Source: Desulfobacterales bacterium (GTDB lineage Bacteria; Desulfobacterota; Desulfobacteria; Desulfobacterales; UBA5852). Taken from it: a DNA stretch of 64,000 bases. Numbering within the stretch: position 1 is the first letter of the stretch; each line of letters starts with the position of its first letter. Position numbers and translations under genes: made by a program. Shown here in pieces: positions 1-8,727 of the stretch. Location of the stretch: positions 1,472,001 to 1,536,000 of the forward strand of contig CAXXVS010000002.1 of assembly GCA_963674755.2 (NCBI GenBank), read 5' to 3'. A model generated the notes under the pieces. The model had not been told where the DNA came from and made no database searches. It saw nothing but the letters and a program-made list of their open reading frames with translations.

Positions 1-252
1 GGTGGCCCGCATCAGATTCGTGCCCAGCACGATGCTTAAGAGAGACGGCCGGATCTCCTTGGTTTTGCCGTTCTTCTCGAGATAACCCAGTTCCACCAGG
101 GTGTTGATGTAGCGATAGGTGGACGTCATGTTCAGCCCCAGGGTTTTGGCGATCGCACTCTGGGTCAACACGGGCGTCTCGCGGTTGAAGAGGGCCAGGA
201 TGCTCAGACCTTTCTCCAGGGACTTTGAAAAATAGAATTTTCCTTTTGACAT
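1..252 (-). CDS. IclR-family transcriptional regulator, N-terminal HTH part (runs off window start)
   Basis: Manual translation from ATG at 252: MSKGKFYFSKSLEKGLSILALFNRETPVLTQSAIAKTLGLNMTSTYRYINTLVELGYLEK. This is the typical IclR HTH pattern (SLEKGL.IL..F ... ST.YR...TL...GYL). Not in the ORF track because it is truncated. Confidence 0.85.
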   Translation of the reverse strand, partial: MSKGKFYFSKSLEKGLSILALFNRETPVLTQSAIAKTLGLNMTSTYRYINTLVELGYLEKNGKTKEIRPSLLSIVLGTNLMRAT

Positions 253-278
253 TCAGATTGGGGGTGATTTATTAGGGC

Positions 279-309
279 ACTATAATAGTCATCTGATTAC
301 TATTATAGT
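279..309. promoter_or_regulatory. 31-bp inverted repeat made of two palindromic ACTATWATAGT boxes; candidate operator of the divergent regulator
   Basis: ACTATAATAGT(279-289)-CATCTGATT-ACTATTATAGT(299-309) in the AT-rich gap between divergent genes; contains TATAAT. Confidence 0.7.
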
Positions 310-382
310 TAAATTGTCAGATGCCGATACGGATGTCAATTATTAATTTTCATTCAGCAGGCCATAGGGTGCCCAAAGGGGT

Positions 383-2851
383 GTGCCAATGCTTCAAGAT
401 GAAGCCATCGTTGGGGTTGCGTTCAATCATTCGGATGAAACCAATCAGGTCCCGCTCAATGCTCTGGTGGCGGCCCTCACCGGCTTTCTGGATCAGATGG
501 GCGTCCAATCCTTTGTGGGAGAAGGGGTTGCGGACATTATCCGGACGGGTGACGGGCCCACCAAACTGGAACGCCTGCTAAAGACCTGCGGCTATCCCGG
601 AAACCCGGAGGGCTTTTTCCAGGCGCTGCTGCCGCAACTCGGGACAGCGAATGGCGCGGCCCCCATCGCCGTCAACGGCATCGAACTGCCCTATTTGATG
701 ATGATGGCCCTGATGGAAGTTGTCCTGCCCGGCAACCAGTTCATCTCCGTCAAATCCACGACGCAGTTGGAAAAACTGGCCAATATCACCATCCCCGAAA
801 CAGACCGGGAGGCCATGCAGGCGGTCCTCGACACCTATCCGGTGCGGCTCTCCATGCACACCATTCGTCAGATGCGCCTCTCCCCCCACGTGGCGTACCA
901 ATATCTCCCCTTCGTCCAGGAGCTGGATACCGTCGGGCACACCAACACCTGGATCGGCCAGTTTCACCAGGGGCTGCTGGAGCAGATGTACCAAAATCGC
1001 GTCATTTTCCTTTTGAACATGAGCTGTCCGGTCTACTGCCGCTTCTGTTTCCGCAAACACAAGGATTCCCGCAACGAAACCAACCCTACCGTGGAGGATG
1101 TCAAAAAGGCCGTCGCCCATGTGGCGAATTCCCCCGCCGTCAAGGAAATCGTCATGACCGGAGGGGATCCTTTCATGAACCGGGCCAATATGGCCGCGGC
1201 TATCGACGGTTTGATGGACATCGCGCATGTGCAATCCCTGCGCCTGGCCACCCGCTCCATCGCCTACTACCCCCATATGTTCCTGTCCGAGGACGGCCGG
1301 CTGCTCACCTATCTCAAACGCAAGAACCTGGAACTCCAGGAGCGGGGCAAACGCCTGGAAGTGGCCACCCATTTCATCCATCCCGATGAAATTTCGCCCC
1401 AGAGCCTGATGATCATCGCCGACCTGGTGAAAAACGGGATCGCGGTCTATGTCCAAACGCCCCTCCTGGACAAGTGCAACGATGAGGGCCCGGAGCTGGT
1501 GCGTCTCTTCAGCCTGCTGCGCGGGGCCGGGGCCGAACTCCATTACATCTATATCCCCTGCAGCCCCATCCACGGCAACAGTGTCTACTGGTCGCCGATT
1601 GCCAAGGGGCTGGCGGTGGGCAGCTACCTGCGGGCCCACCTCTCCGACCGGGTGATCCCGCGCATCTGCACGGCCACGCCCATCGGCAAAATGGACTGGA
1701 ACACCAGCGGCTGGGCCGTGGAACCCGTGGCGGAAAACGACAACTTCATGTGGATCCGCAGTCCTTACACACCGGACTATTTCAAACAATTCGCCCCCCT
1801 GGCCAACCGGCTCGACAACATCCGGGTCAACCAGGAAGGCACCATCGACATCCAGTATATGGCCCAGATCGGCGATCGATCCCTCTTTCTGGGTGCCCGT
1901 CCCCCCAGGGGCGACCGCGGGACAGCGCCCCCGCCGGAAAGCACGGAGGCGGTGCTGCCGCTGGTGTTGAAATCAGAGGGCCTCGCGCCCTCCCTGGTGG
2001 ATACAGGGTCATCCACCCTTTCGCGCGTTCATGAAACCCGGGTCGAACTGGCGGCTGAATGCACGGAAGCCGATATAGACTATATCTGCCACGATGAGCG
2101 GATCACCGACGTGGTGGTGATCGCGGAGCAAGACGCCACCGCATCCCTTTGTGCCATCGCTAAGCTGATCAGGGCCCTGGAAGACATCCCCCATGTCAAC
2201 GCCGTCCGGCTGCGCAGCCTGGCTTTCAATTACGGACCCGAACGCTACACCCCGCTGGTCATCGACCAACTGGACCGCTGGAATCGACTGACCGTGGTCA
2301 ATCCGCTGCGCCTGGAAATCGAGACCCAGTTCCTGACGGCCGACGAATTTCGCCCGGCGCACGCGCGTTTGGCTCGCCAGCTCAACAACCGGGGCATTAC
2401 CGTCTACAACAACACCCCCCTGCTGGGCCGCGTCAACGACACGCCGGAGGCCATTCACGCTTTGGCCTATGGCTGCCGCCAGGCCGCCATCGAATTTCAC
2501 CACCTCTATGTGGCCGGCCTGCCCGTGCAAAAGGCGTGGAACGCAGCCAACCCCGTGGCGCTGTACGATGTGGTGGACATCGCCACCAAGGTCCGGCGGG
2601 AGGGCAGCGGCCGCGAAATCCCCCGCTATATCATCCGCACGCTCCTGGGCGAGGTGGACTTCGGGCTGTCTTCGGCGATCATCGGGGAGGGGAACGACCT
2701 GCAGGTCAAACTGCTGCCTTACACGCTGGCCTACTTCAAAGCGTTGTCACCTGATTTCAGCTGGCCCGCAGGGGTCCGGGAAGATGAAGACGGCCGACCC
2801 ATCGCGGCGGTCCCCGGCCTGTTGAAGACCACCGCCTTTGCTTTGTCCTGA
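383..2851 (+). CDS. KamA (lysine 2,3-aminomutase)-like radical SAM/PLP protein with a second, degenerate KamA-like domain (start may be ATG 389)
   Basis: CPVYCRFCFRK (CxxxCxxC), MTGGDP, LRLATR, THFIHPDEI, QTPLL..CND and PIGK (likely PLP Lys). The C-terminal third repeats these motifs (IPHVNAVRLRS, NNTPLLGRVND, IPRYII) without the Cys triad. Confidence 0.85.
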   Translation: MPMLQDEAIVGVAFNHSDETNQVPLNALVAALTGFLDQMGVQSFVGEGVADIIRTGDGPTKLERLLKTCGYPGNPEGFFQALLPQLGTANGAAPIAVNGIELPYLMMMALMEVVLPGNQFISVKSTTQLEKLANITIPETDREAMQAVLDTYPVRLSMHTIRQMRLSPHVAYQYLPFVQELDTVGHTNTWIGQFHQGLLEQMYQNRVIFLLNMSCPVYCRFCFRKHKDSRNETNPTVEDVKKAVAHVANSPAVKEIVMTGGDPFMNRANMAAAIDGLMDIAHVQSLRLATRSIAYYPHMFLSEDGRLLTYLKRKNLELQERGKRLEVATHFIHPDEISPQSLMIIADLVKNGIAVYVQTPLLDKCNDEGPELVRLFSLLRGAGAELHYIYIPCSPIHGNSVYWSPIAKGLAVGSYLRAHLSDRVIPRICTATPIGKMDWNTSGWAVEPVAENDNFMWIRSPYTPDYFKQFAPLANRLDNIRVNQEGTIDIQYMAQIGDRSLFLGARPPRGDRGTAPPPESTEAVLPLVLKSEGLAPSLVDTGSSTLSRVHETRVELAAECTEADIDYICHDERITDVVVIAEQDATASLCAIAKLIRALEDIPHVNAVRLRSLAFNYGPERYTPLVIDQLDRWNRLTVVNPLRLEIETQFLTADEFRPAHARLARQLNNRGITVYNNTPLLGRVNDTPEAIHALAYGCRQAAIEFHHLYVAGLPVQKAWNAANPVALYDVVDIATKVRREGSGREIPRYIIRTLLGEVDFGLSSAIIGEGNDLQVKLLPYTLAYFKALSPDFSWPAGVREDEDGRPIAAVPGLLKTTAFALS

Positions 2852-2864
2852 ACCGGAGGCCGCC

Positions 2865-3530
2865 GTGCACTACCCTTTTTTACTCTACGACCGTAAAATC
2901 CATCACCGTCCCGTCTTCACCGGACTTGAAGGCGCCCCCTACCTCGCCGACCTTTCCCTCCGGAGCGCCCTGCTGAAGGACCGGGCGCCGCGGGACCAGG
3001 GCGCCCTGCAGCAAATTTTAGAAGAAAAGATGGGCCGCGATTATCACTGGGGCCTGGCACCCTACCTCGAGCAGCGCGACACGCTGCTGCGCGACTGCCC
3101 CCAGATGGTGGCTGAAAAACGCTTCATCCATTTGGGCCTGGATGTCATCGTTCCCCTGGCAACCCCCTTGCATGCCCCACTGGATGCGGTGGTGGCCGAA
3201 AGCGGCTATGAGGAAGGCGAGGGCAACTACGGGGGCTATGTCCTGTTGAAGCACGAAGACCCCGGCTTCGAGACCTTCTACAGCTTCTATGGCCACCTGT
3301 GCCGTGATCGCCTGCCGGCCGCCGGGCAAACTTTCCGGGCCGGCACACCCTTTGCCGAAATCGGCGACTTTCACGAAAACGGCCATTGGTTCCACCATAC
3401 CCACATCCAGGTCATTACCCAAAAGGGGCTGGAGGCGGGCTACACGACCAAAGGCTATTGCAGCGCCCCGGACATGGCGGTCATGAATGACCTCTGCCCT
3501 TCCCCCATCCCCTTATTTAAAACCGGATAG
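2865..3530 (+). CDS. Peptidase M23-like domain protein, no obvious signal peptide
   Basis: HLGLD (HxxxD), YGGYVLLKH, FYSFYGHL, HTHIQ (HxH); GGAGG RBS at 2855-2859 before GTG 2865, 13 nt after the upstream stop. Confidence 0.75.
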   Translation: MHYPFLLYDRKIHHRPVFTGLEGAPYLADLSLRSALLKDRAPRDQGALQQILEEKMGRDYHWGLAPYLEQRDTLLRDCPQMVAEKRFIHLGLDVIVPLATPLHAPLDAVVAESGYEEGEGNYGGYVLLKHEDPGFETFYSFYGHLCRDRLPAAGQTFRAGTPFAEIGDFHENGHWFHHTHIQVITQKGLEAGYTTKGYCSAPDMAVMNDLCPSPIPLFKTG

Positions 3531-3954
3531 CGGCCTTTGCCGGACACGGCCCGTTCCTGCCCCTTGGTGGACAAAAGTTCCCCGGCAGCGCTCCATTGGT
3601 CCCGCCCATCATCGATCGGACTGTCGGCAAACGGGGCGACCCTGCGGGATGCAAGGGCCGCCCGTCGATACGGATAAGGAGATCAACGTGTTCGGGTGGG
3701 GACGGCTTTAACCACTTCCAGAGAATTATGTCGTTGCATTCCTTCACCATCCTGTGCTTAACCATTCAGACATAAGGCCCCCGGTTCCGGGCGGCGCTGC
3801 GCAAAAACCCGGTGCTTGCGATAGACCCTGTTCAAACCGCGATCGTGCAAAGCAGGCCTTGAAAGCATCGCTTTTGCGCTAAATTCTGAAGATATCCCCA
3901 AAATCAGTGCGGGCCGGGCGCATCATTCCACAACCGGCGGCCAGGAGACCCTCC

Positions 3955-4452
3955 ATGCGGTTTAGCTTGATACCATCCCATCGGAAGACGGCGATCGCCA
4001 TCGTCGTCGGTTTCATCATGATTGCAGCGCAGGGCACCATAGCCGCCGACGCTCAAATCCCCAAGGGCCAGACGCTTTATGTCCCGGTCTACTCCCATAT
4101 CTACAGCGGCGACCGGGAACGGCCGGTCTATCTGGCCGTCACCCTCAGCATTCGCAATACCGACCCGACCCATGCCATCCAGGTGACGACCGTGGATTAC
4201 TACGACTCCGAAGGACGGCGGCTCCAGCATTATCTGAAAGCACCTGTCGCCCTGCCCCCCCTGGCAACGGTGCGCTACGTGGTCAAGGAATCGGACAAAG
4301 CGGGCGGATCGGGGGCCAATTTCCTCGTGCGCTGGCAATCCGCGGAACCGGCCAACCCGCCCCTGGTCGAAAGTATCATGATCAGCACGGCCTCTCAGCT
4401 GGGCATCTCCTTTACCTCCCGGGGCGTACCGATCGTCGAAACAGCCCCGTAA
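3955..4452 (+). CDS. DUF3124-family exported protein
   Basis: Signal-like N-terminus; GQTLYVPVYSHIY, TLSIRNTD, VDYYDSEG, GGSGANFLVRW, PLVESIMI; AGGAGA RBS before ATG 3955. Confidence 0.8.
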   Translation: MRFSLIPSHRKTAIAIVVGFIMIAAQGTIAADAQIPKGQTLYVPVYSHIYSGDRERPVYLAVTLSIRNTDPTHAIQVTTVDYYDSEGRRLQHYLKAPVALPPLATVRYVVKESDKAGGSGANFLVRWQSAEPANPPLVESIMISTASQLGISFTSRGVPIVETAP

Positions 4453-4472
4453 TCCAAAAGGAAAGCAGACCG

Positions 4473-6113
4473 GTGGACCCTGTTTGGATCTCAGCGGCCT
4501 TTCTCTTCGGGTTTGCGGTACAACAAGTAGGCCTGCCGCCACTGATCGGTTATTTGATGGCGGGCTTTACCCTGAGCGCCTTCGGCGCCGAGGGCGGCCC
4601 CATGTTGGCGAACGCGGCCGACATGGGGGTGACCCTGCTGCTCTTCTGCATCGGTCTCAAACTGCGGGTCCGGAATTTGCTCCGGCCTGAGATCTGGGCC
4701 GGTGCGGGCATCCACATGGTGCTCACCGTGTTGCTTTTCGGCACGGGAATACACGCTCTGAGTCTTGTCGCCCTCACCGGGTTTACGCCCCTGGACTTTA
4801 CCCAATCCTTTCTGATCGCCTTCGCCCTGAGCTTTTCCAGTACGGTGTTCGCGGTCAAGGTGCTGGAAGAAAAAGCGGAGATGGCCGCCTTCCACGGACG
4901 GGTCGCCATCGGAATCCTCATCATGCAGGACCTTCTGGCGGTGATCTTCCTGACCGCTTCCACAGGCAAACTGCCCTCGCCCTGGGCCCTCGTGGCCGTC
5001 CCGGGCCTGTTCCTGATCCGCCCCGTGCTGATGTTCCTGATGGACCGCAGCGGCCACGGCGAGTTGATGATCCTGTGCGGCTTTCTGATGGCCCTGGTCT
5101 GCGGGGCCGGCCTGTTCGAAGGGGTGGGCCTCAAGGCCGACCTCGGCGCCCTGTATATCGGCATCCTGTTGGCACCCCATGCCAAGGCCCCCGAACTGGC
5201 CAAGCATTTGCTGGGATTCAAGGATTTCTTCCTGATCGGCTTTTTCCTCACCATCGGCCTGGCCGGCATACCAACCCTTGCGACTTTCGGGGCGGCTCTG
5301 CTCCTGGTGGCGGTGATGCCCTTAAAGGTGGTGCTTTTCTTCCTTCTCCTGACACGGTTCAAACTGCGGGCGCGCACGGCGGTGTTAACTTCCCTGAGCC
5401 TGGCCAACTACAGCGAATTCGGCCTCATCGTCGGCGCCATCGCCGCCGGCAAGGGCTGGATCGGTAATGAATGGCTGATGATCACCGCCATCGCTCTCTC
5501 CCTGACCTTTGTCATGGCCGCGCCGCTCAACACCCGGGGAAACGACCTTTACCAACGTTTGGCCCGTTGGCTGAAACGTTTTGAGACCGAAACCCGCCAT
5601 CCCACCGACGCCCCGATCGATCCCGGCGATGCCCAAATCGCTGTTTTCGGCATGGGACGCCTCGGCACTTATGCCTACGACGCCCTTGCGGAACGCTACG
5701 GGGGGGTGGTCATCGGTATTGATTTTGACCACGCCACCGTTAAGCGTCACCAGGCCACCGGGCGCAACGTGATCTTCGGCGACCCCACGGATCCGGATTT
5801 CTGGACCCGCACGCCACCGGACCGTCAGCTGCGCCTGACCCTGTTGGCGATGCCCAAACACACCGCCAATCTCTCGGCGGCGCGTCAGGTGCGCGCCAAG
5901 GGGTTCACGCAGCGGGTCGCTGCCACAGCCCTCTTCGATGATGAAATCCCGGATCTGGAAAAAGCCGGGGTGGATGCGGCGTTTAATCTGTACAACGAGG
6001 CGGGGCTGGGGTTCGCCGCCCATGCCGGCGATCTCCTTGGAAAACGGCGGCCCAATTCCCGGCGGACGGGATCATCGTCGGTCAGCATTCCCGCCAGCCG
6101 CCAAAACGGGTGA
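4473..6113 (+). CDS. CPA2 cation:proton antiporter with C-terminal TrkA-N (KTN) domain, Kef-like
   Basis: Many TM segments with LLLFCIGLKL, SFSST, GILIMQD and SEFGLI; C-terminal GMGRLG Rossmann motif and GDPTD. Confidence 0.9.
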   Translation: MDPVWISAAFLFGFAVQQVGLPPLIGYLMAGFTLSAFGAEGGPMLANAADMGVTLLLFCIGLKLRVRNLLRPEIWAGAGIHMVLTVLLFGTGIHALSLVALTGFTPLDFTQSFLIAFALSFSSTVFAVKVLEEKAEMAAFHGRVAIGILIMQDLLAVIFLTASTGKLPSPWALVAVPGLFLIRPVLMFLMDRSGHGELMILCGFLMALVCGAGLFEGVGLKADLGALYIGILLAPHAKAPELAKHLLGFKDFFLIGFFLTIGLAGIPTLATFGAALLLVAVMPLKVVLFFLLLTRFKLRARTAVLTSLSLANYSEFGLIVGAIAAGKGWIGNEWLMITAIALSLTFVMAAPLNTRGNDLYQRLARWLKRFETETRHPTDAPIDPGDAQIAVFGMGRLGTYAYDALAERYGGVVIGIDFDHATVKRHQATGRNVIFGDPTDPDFWTRTPPDRQLRLTLLAMPKHTANLSAARQVRAKGFTQRVAATALFDDEIPDLEKAGVDAAFNLYNEAGLGFAAHAGDLLGKRRPNSRRTGSSSVSIPASRQNG

Positions 6114-6164
6114 TACCAGCTTCCCGGCGGCCCCTTGCCCCTGCCCGATGAAGGACTTCTTGCC

Positions 6165-7199
6165 ATGGTCCAAAAAGTCATTCTCGATATGGACAATGCC
6201 TTGACCATTCCGGCGCAGGACACCGATGACGCCCTGGCCCTGGCCCTGGCCCTGACATCGCCGGAGCTGGCGGTGCTGGGATGCACCACCTGTGCCGGCA
6301 ATTGCCGGACGCACCAGTCGACACAGAACACCCTGTGTCTTCTGGAAGCGGGCGGCATCCGCACCCTGCCAGTGGCCGAGGGGCACCCCGCCGCCCTGGC
6401 GCGGGACCGGGAGGCCCATTTCCGTTACCTGGCCGCCAAGAGTGAAGGACCCCAAGCCCGCTATTGGAAAGGCTTGCCGCAACCGCCGCTCCCCACTCTG
6501 ACAGCGGCCCCGCAGCCGGCGTGGGAGTTTATCCTGGAAACGGCCCGCCGCCATCCCGGCGAAGTGCTTTTTATCGCCCTGGGATCGTTGACCAACCTGG
6601 CCCTGGCCCTGCTGGAGGATCCGACCGGCGCGGCGCTGCTCAAAGGGGTGATTCACATGGGCGGGGCCTTCCAGCCTGTGGGAGGAGCGCCCTTTGTCTG
6701 GCAGACTGCGGATATTCCCGCCGACATCTGGCGCACCACCCTGCGCTTCAACACCCTTTTCGATCCTGAGGCCGCCGCCGTGGTCTTCCGTTCCGGCCTT
6801 CCCGTGACCCTGGTGCCCGCCAATGTCACCTCCCGGGTGTTCCAGCGGATAGAGCATCTTGACCTACTCCAAGCGGCCGGAACCCCCTGGCATCGCTTCC
6901 TTGAAGCCTATGCCCGCCCCTGGGTGCAATGGTCCCTCAAAGAACGCCGGCTGCCGGGCGCCCATATGCACGACCCCTTGACCGTGGCCACGGTCATCGA
7001 CCCCGCCGTCTGCCGTTTCGAATCGATAAACCTGAGCGTGACGGCCCTGTTGAGGGGTAGAGACGACTGGCTGTCATGGGAGGGCGGCGGTCTGCCGGTC
7101 CGCATCGCCACGGAAGTGGATGCGCCGCGCTTTGAAAACTGGCTGGCCGAGCGCCTGGGCGCGCCTTTGGGGAAAGATTATCTTATCCCCCGGCCATGA
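6165..7199 (+). CDS. Nucleoside hydrolase (IU-NH family)
   Basis: VILDMD...DTDDALAL, GSLTNLALAL, HMGG, FN...DPEAA, HDPL motifs; start set at ATG 6165 after AAGGA. Confidence 0.85.
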   Translation: MVQKVILDMDNALTIPAQDTDDALALALALTSPELAVLGCTTCAGNCRTHQSTQNTLCLLEAGGIRTLPVAEGHPAALARDREAHFRYLAAKSEGPQARYWKGLPQPPLPTLTAAPQPAWEFILETARRHPGEVLFIALGSLTNLALALLEDPTGAALLKGVIHMGGAFQPVGGAPFVWQTADIPADIWRTTLRFNTLFDPEAAAVVFRSGLPVTLVPANVTSRVFQRIEHLDLLQAAGTPWHRFLEAYARPWVQWSLKERRLPGAHMHDPLTVATVIDPAVCRFESINLSVTALLRGRDDWLSWEGGGLPVRIATEVDAPRFENWLAERLGAPLGKDYLIPRP

Positions 7200-7262
7200 A
7201 GCATAAAACCGGCCGTCTTCGGCCCGGATCGTCAGCCACACGAATCGCATTGATCGATAACG

Positions 7263-8594
7263 CTAGGCGGAAAAAGCATTGCCGACCTGGTTATAGACCG
7301 CCATAACGGCGGCGATCCGCCCCAGAACGACATCTTCAGGGTCCCATGGATGGGAAGTGCCGTCAGGATGGCCGGCGGCTTCGGGCAGGTGCTTACCCAA
7401 AAGGGCGGCAGGCGGCGGATACTGCCGCAGGTTGGCCAGCAGGCGCTGCAAGGCGGCTTTGGCCTCGGGCCAGGCCCAGTAGTAGCGGATCCGATCGGAA
7501 AAGGCCTGCCGGCGCAGCCGCTTCAGCTCGGCCGCCGATCCCCGGTAGTAGGCCTGCCAATAGCGGGAATCGGCCAGCATCAGGCGCTCCATGGTTTCCG
7601 GCAAATGGGAAAGCGTCACGCCCTTGTGATCGGCCAGAAGTTCTTCTTCGATCGCCGCGAGCCCGAAAAGCGCCTCCCGCATGGCATAAGTCAGGGCCGG
7701 GCCCACCTTGAGGATGCCGCACTGGTCGGCCACCATGCGGGACAGGGCCGCCGGGGTCTGGAAATCGGTCGAATGGGCCTCGAAGACGAGCCGGTCTTCC
7801 TGCCGGATATAGGCCACCAAGGGCTGCATGCGCTCTGCATCATAGGGATGGATCACCTGCGGTGCGAAATCAGCGCCGGTGTTCACCACCAGGGCCACAA
7901 CCCGCTGCCAGGCCTTTTCCAAGCCCGCCGCTTCAAAGGCCTGGCGGCAGGCGGCGACGGTGTCCCGGACATGGACCGCCCCGCTCACCGGCGCCAACGC
8001 GGTCTGCCCGTCCTGCCCTCCCGGAAGGGGCACGTCGGATCCGATCACGTACCAGGGCGGCGCCACCCGCTGATCATGGGCGGTTTCCTCCGCCACACGG
8101 CACAACGCCGCGCTGCGGCGGCAAATCAGCGCCAGGGGAAGGCTGCCGTCCGGCTCCCGGGGATCGCCGACGCAGGGGGAGGAGGTGTCCAGGTGAATTT
8201 TCTGGTAGCCGGCGGCCACGCAGGCCGCGGCCAGTTCCATGGCCCTGGACAGGGCGTCCCCGGCGTTCTCGCCACGCCAGGGATAGGGCCCCAAATGGTC
8301 CGCCCCCAACAGCAGCCGGTGGCCGGGCAGGCCGGCGGCCTCCGCCAGCTGACGCACCCGGCGGCCGAACGCGGCCGGGGTCCATCCCGCATACCCACCG
8401 GAGAGATTGACCTGGCTGGCGGTGGACTCGATCAGGGCCGGCGCTCCGTCCCGCCGGGCCTGCTGCAGCACCGCCCGGACCGCATAGGGGCTGGCCGTGC
8501 AGGCAGCCGTCAGGGCGCACGGCCGTCCCTGCTTATGACGGCGAACCACTTCCCGAAGGACGGTCGCGGCCGGCATGTCCCGCCATCTGGGCAT
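7263..8594 (-). CDS. GatZ/KbaZ family protein (tagatose-6-phosphate 4-epimerase / tagatose-bisphosphate aldolase non-catalytic subunit)
   Basis: LIESTASQVN..GGY, GADHLGP, KIHLDTS, FEAHSTDFQ, LKVGPALT, SDRIRYYW. Confidence 0.9.
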   Translation of the reverse strand: MPRWRDMPAATVLREVVRRHKQGRPCALTAACTASPYAVRAVLQQARRDGAPALIESTASQVNLSGGYAGWTPAAFGRRVRQLAEAAGLPGHRLLLGADHLGPYPWRGENAGDALSRAMELAAACVAAGYQKIHLDTSSPCVGDPREPDGSLPLALICRRSAALCRVAEETAHDQRVAPPWYVIGSDVPLPGGQDGQTALAPVSGAVHVRDTVAACRQAFEAAGLEKAWQRVVALVVNTGADFAPQVIHPYDAERMQPLVAYIRQEDRLVFEAHSTDFQTPAALSRMVADQCGILKVGPALTYAMREALFGLAAIEEELLADHKGVTLSHLPETMERLMLADSRYWQAYYRGSAAELKRLRRQAFSDRIRYYWAWPEAKAALQRLLANLRQYPPPAALLGKHLPEAAGHPDGTSHPWDPEDVVLGRIAAVMAVYNQVGNAFSA

Positions 8595-8660
8595 TGCGTT
8601 CCTCGATGTCCGTTATATCCGTGGGGGTCCTTCGGCGGCCCCCGCCTCGGGTGGTTCGTC

Positions 8661-8689
8661 TTGACACCCCCGGGGCTTTCTTCTAATAT
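8661..8689 (+). promoter_or_regulatory. Sigma70-type promoter
   Basis: TTGACA(8661-8666)-17 nt-TAATAT(8684-8689), upstream of ATG 8728. Confidence 0.6.
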
Positions 8690-8727
8690 CGCTAAGTTTC
8701 TTTAGCGCACCCTCTGCTCGGATTTTT

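Noticed and set aside
1..252. IclR gene as the repressor of aceBAK (as in E. coli)
   Set aside because: It is 28 kb away, divergent from the KamA-like gene, and its putative ACTATWATAGT operator was not seen upstream of aceK or aceB.
578..1789. Long antisense or alternate-frame ORFs (e.g. 578-1789, 7350-8705, 25228-27069, 49687-51327, 60632-62242)
   Set aside because: They shadow well-supported genes, lack motifs, and are expected from codon bias in GC-rich DNA.
3625..3665. GGCAAAC...GGATGCAAGGGCC resembling the 5' half of a c-di-GMP-I riboswitch
   Set aside because: The P2 stem is too short, and no recognisable second stem or closing P1 strand follows.
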